DNA from: Prorocentrum cordatum
Lineage: Eukaryota
NCBI GenBank assembly: GCA_963575745.1
Contig: CAUYUJ010000228.1
Coordinates: 1-64,000, forward strand
Direction of reading: 5' to 3'
Length of the DNA stretch: 64,000 nucleotides
How positions within the stretch are numbered: the stretch's first letter is position 1; each line of letters begins with the position of its first letter. Shown in pieces: positions 61,254-64,000 of the stretch. The position numbers and the translations under genes were made by a program. The notes under the pieces were generated by a model, which was not told the DNA's origin, searched no databases, and was given only the letters and a program-made list of their open reading frames with translations.

Positions 61254-61990
61254 TGAAGCGCCGGGCCACGACGATCCGACAGTGCCCCTTTGCCATTCGC
61301 TATGCCCACACCCTCGCCAGCTTCGGGGATGTAAGGCGCTGGGGTGGCAAGGTCACCCGGAAGCTCCCGGTGACGCCGCGGATGCTGTCGTGGTTGCGAG
61401 AGTATCTCCACCGCGACGGGGCGGACTCACTCGCCCCGGGGCGCCGTGGCCCTGTGGGCTGCCCTGGCCACGGGCTATTTCTTCATGCTCCGTGCTTCGG
61501 AGTACCTCCTGCAGCATGGTACGAGCTGGTCTTCGGAGCGGGTCGTGCGGGGGGCCGACGTCCAGGGCCTGGCGAACGGGACGCCGCAGGATTGGCTCGA
61601 AGAGTGTGATGAGGTCGTGCTCACGATCACGTCCTCGAAGACGGACCAGTATAACGCGGGGTGCCACCGCAACCACTTTCGGTCGGGGCCCCCGCTCTGC
61701 GCGGTGAGCGCCCTGGCCGCCCTCCAGCGGAATGTCCGCAGAGGTTCGGGCGCGGGGGCGAGGCAGGGCTCCCGCTCTTTCGCCTCGTCACACGTGCCAT
61801 GGTCCAGGACCTCCTGCAGCTTGGCGCTTCGGCTGTCGGAGTGGAGGCGGGGCTGCTGGGGTCGCGCCCCCTCCGCATTGGAGGAGCGACCGCCCTCTAC
61901 CATGCGTGCCGGGACCTCGAGGCGGTGAAGCGTTTCGGCCGCTGGACGACCGACGCCTTCCACGGGCACCTGTGGGAGGACCATCGCCGC
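61254..61990 (+). pseudogene. Tyrosine recombinase of element B (catalytically degenerate)
   Basis: RKLPVTPRML, GYFFMLRASEYL, SSKTDQ, CAVSAL, SRPLRIGGATALY (HSLR variant), RFGRWTTDAFHGHLW (expected Tyr appears as His). Two frameshifts. Confidence 0.9.
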
Positions 61991-63223
61991 CAGAGGTCAT
62001 GGCGCCCGACGCGCGCGAGACCGCGGCCGGCGGCCCCGCGGGGCCGAGCGCCGCGACGCGGCCCGCTGCGGGAGTCGGACTCAAAGGGTCCACGGAGGGG
62101 GCGGAGGACGCGGAGGATATGCCATGCCCCCCCGCGCGTCTGACCTGGAACCCGGGACGCCCCCCATGGGAACGCCCGCATCGACGCGCGGGGGGCTTGC
62201 AAGGGGCGAGGGAGGAGGCGGGGACGATGGCGGAGGAGAGATGGCCGAGGATGTCGGGAGAGAGCGGAGCGTCGCGCGTGGGAGGAAGGTGTGCGACCCC
62301 CTTCGCCGTGGGGGTATCGCGGTCGACATCGAGCCTTCGCCCTCCTTCAACTCCTCTGCTTCGCCCCAGCACGCGCGCCCCGCCCCGCAGCCCTTTCAGG
62401 TCAGGGGGGGCCCACCGCGCGCGCTGGCCTGCGCGGGAGCGGGATCTTGCCGCGCGCGGCCGAGGCGCCCGCCCCCTCCTCGAGCCCCCGGGGGCTCTCG
62501 CTTCAGGCGAGCCCACGGCAGAGCGGGGGGGGCCCAGCTCTTTCGGGCGAGGCCCACCGCGGCGCCCCCATGGCCCCGGGGCGAGTGGCCACGCTCGCGC
62601 CCCCCGTGGCGGGCGCCTCGACCGGAGGGGCCGCGCAGGCCCTGCTCGACATCGCCCCGAGCGGCTCGGTCGTGTGCTACCAGGAGGTGGCCGGGACCGA
62701 CGCGGGGCGCGAGCTCTTCTCGCAGGCGCACGTGCTCTTGGCCACCGTGCTGGGGGACGTGAGCGTCGAGGGGCGCGCCGTGGTTGGGCGACCCGGAGCA
62801 TGCGGAGGCGCCCGCCCTGGCGGCGGAAGCCTTGGCGGTGAGCTGCGACGCCGACTACGGGCTGGCTCACTACGCGGCGGGCAAGGTCGGGCTGTGGGGC
62901 GCGGGGTCGGCCTCCAACAAGGCCCACCGCACCAGGGCTGCCGAGCTGGCCGTGGCGATGGCGGCCTTCGCCGTCCCGCCGGAGGAGAAGAAGCTCGAGA
63001 CGGTCGAAGCTTTTGACCAGTCCACGGCGCGGAACTGGTTGAAGTTGGAGGAGGAGTTCGACCCCGCGGCCGCCGAGGGCATCGACGTGAAGGCCGACCG
63101 CAGCCCCAGCGCCCCAGGGGGGGCGAGGGGCTCGGAAGCCTTGCCGCCCGGCTTGGCGGCGGCATTGGAGCAAGCGCGGGACTTTCAGAGGGCCGCCTTC
63201 TCCAAGGCTCCCTCCCGGCCTGG

Positions 63224-63640
63224 GATGGAGCCCAAGCCGAAGGGCGCTCCCCGCCGCCCGACTACCCCACCGCGGCGGGGCGAGGGGGGGCGAGAGGCGC
63301 GGGCAGGTCCCCAGCCCGTCTCCACAGCGGGAACAGCGCAGCCGCCGGCGGTCGCCAGCGGACCGCCAGCACCCCGCGCCCAGCGGCCGCCCCTCGGCAG
63401 GTGCTCGCAGCAGGTCGAGGCCTCGGATGGAGTCCCAGCCGAAGAGGGCCCCCCGCCACCCGACTAGCCCACCGCGGCGGGTCGGGGAGAGCGTGAAGCG
63501 CGGGCAGGCCCCCAGCCCGTCGCCGCCGCGGGAGCGGCGCAGCCGCCGGCGCACATCGGCGGACCGCCAGCGCGCCGCGCCCAGCGCCCGCCCAGCGCCC
63601 GCCCTCCGGCGGGCGCCCGCAGCAGGTCGGCGAGAGCCAG
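63224..63640 (+). repeat. Diverged ~200-bp tandem direct repeat in Pro/Ala-rich coding-like sequence
   Basis: gatggag.c.c.agccgaag...cccgacta.cccaccgcggcggg at 63224 and 63426. Confidence 0.75.
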
Positions 63641-64000
63641 CTGGGCCGTCGCGGGAGGCGAGGACACGCGGCGCGGGAGGAGTGAGAAGGCCAAGGTGAT
63701 GTGCCTCTCGCGCGCCCCCGCCGGCGCCGCAACGGAGGACGTGACGTTCGTCCTCGGTCGGTGCGGGCCCCTCGGGTACATCGGGTGGCTGCTCGATGCG
63801 CGGCGGAAGCAGGAGGGGGCGGCCCTGGTGGAGTTCGTCAGCGTCAGAGCTTCCGCTGGGGCAGCCGCGGCGAGGGCCCAGCACGAGATCGACGAGCGGT
63901 GCGTGTTCTGTGAGGGGCGCGGCGACCCGCAGGTGCGGCTGAGGGGGTCCAGCGGGGCGCGGGCCCAGCACCCCTCGGATGGGGGGCACCCCAGCCGCGC

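Larger units (their letters stand above)
51780..64000 (+). mobile_element. DIRS-like tyrosine-recombinase retrotransposon B carrying a C5 DNA methyltransferase; heavily frameshifted; boundaries approximate
   Basis: Plus-strand fragments in order: ORF1-like region, Cys-rich finger, MTase, RT, RNase H, YR, then further coding-like sequence. Confidence 0.85.

Noticed and set aside
58200..61990. Bacterial retron, restriction-modification or prophage integrase module (MTase + RT + integrase)
   Set aside because: RT, RNase H and YR motifs and their order match DIRS-type eukaryotic retrotransposons, and the surroundings are microsatellite-rich eukaryotic DNA.
61788..63989. 733-aa minus-strand ORF and other long Arg/Pro/Gly-rich ORFs (e.g. 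6044-7324, 1533-2561)
   Set aside because: Antisense or off-frame shadows of very GC-rich sequence with no recognisable motifs.

Overview
GC-rich, repeat-dense eukaryotic DNA, most consistent with a dinoflagellate genome (inferred from AG|G[C/A/T]...AG|G splice-like junctions, methyltransferase-bearing tyrosine-recombinase retroelements and abundant microsatellites). Almost all recognisable coding content is transposon-derived. (1) A minus-strand DIRS-like (tyrosine recombinase, YR) retrotransposon at 1-~5.9 kb has an intact Pol with a degenerate DNA-methyltransferase-like domain nested inside RNase H. (2) A 4,213-bp tandem duplication spans 10.4-18.8 kb. (3) Two MITE families have T...A ends and 5-bp target-site duplications. 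(4) A decayed LINE with APE-RT-RNase H lies at 18.9-23.2 kb. (5) A large DDE-type transposase gene is split over 24.9-39.5 kb; it can be rebuilt in frame by removing two ATT-flanked insertions and one 8.1-kb GA-AG intron. (6) Satellites and microsatellites fill 42-51 kb. (7) A second, frameshifted plus-strand DIRS-like element at ~51.8-64 kb has a C5-methyltransferase with an intact PC motif, a possible cysteine-protease-like domain, RT, RNase H and YR. Long T-rich tracts are probably sequencing or assembly artefacts. No rRNA, tRNA or CRISPR array is supported. All calls come from manual motif reading; no database search was run.
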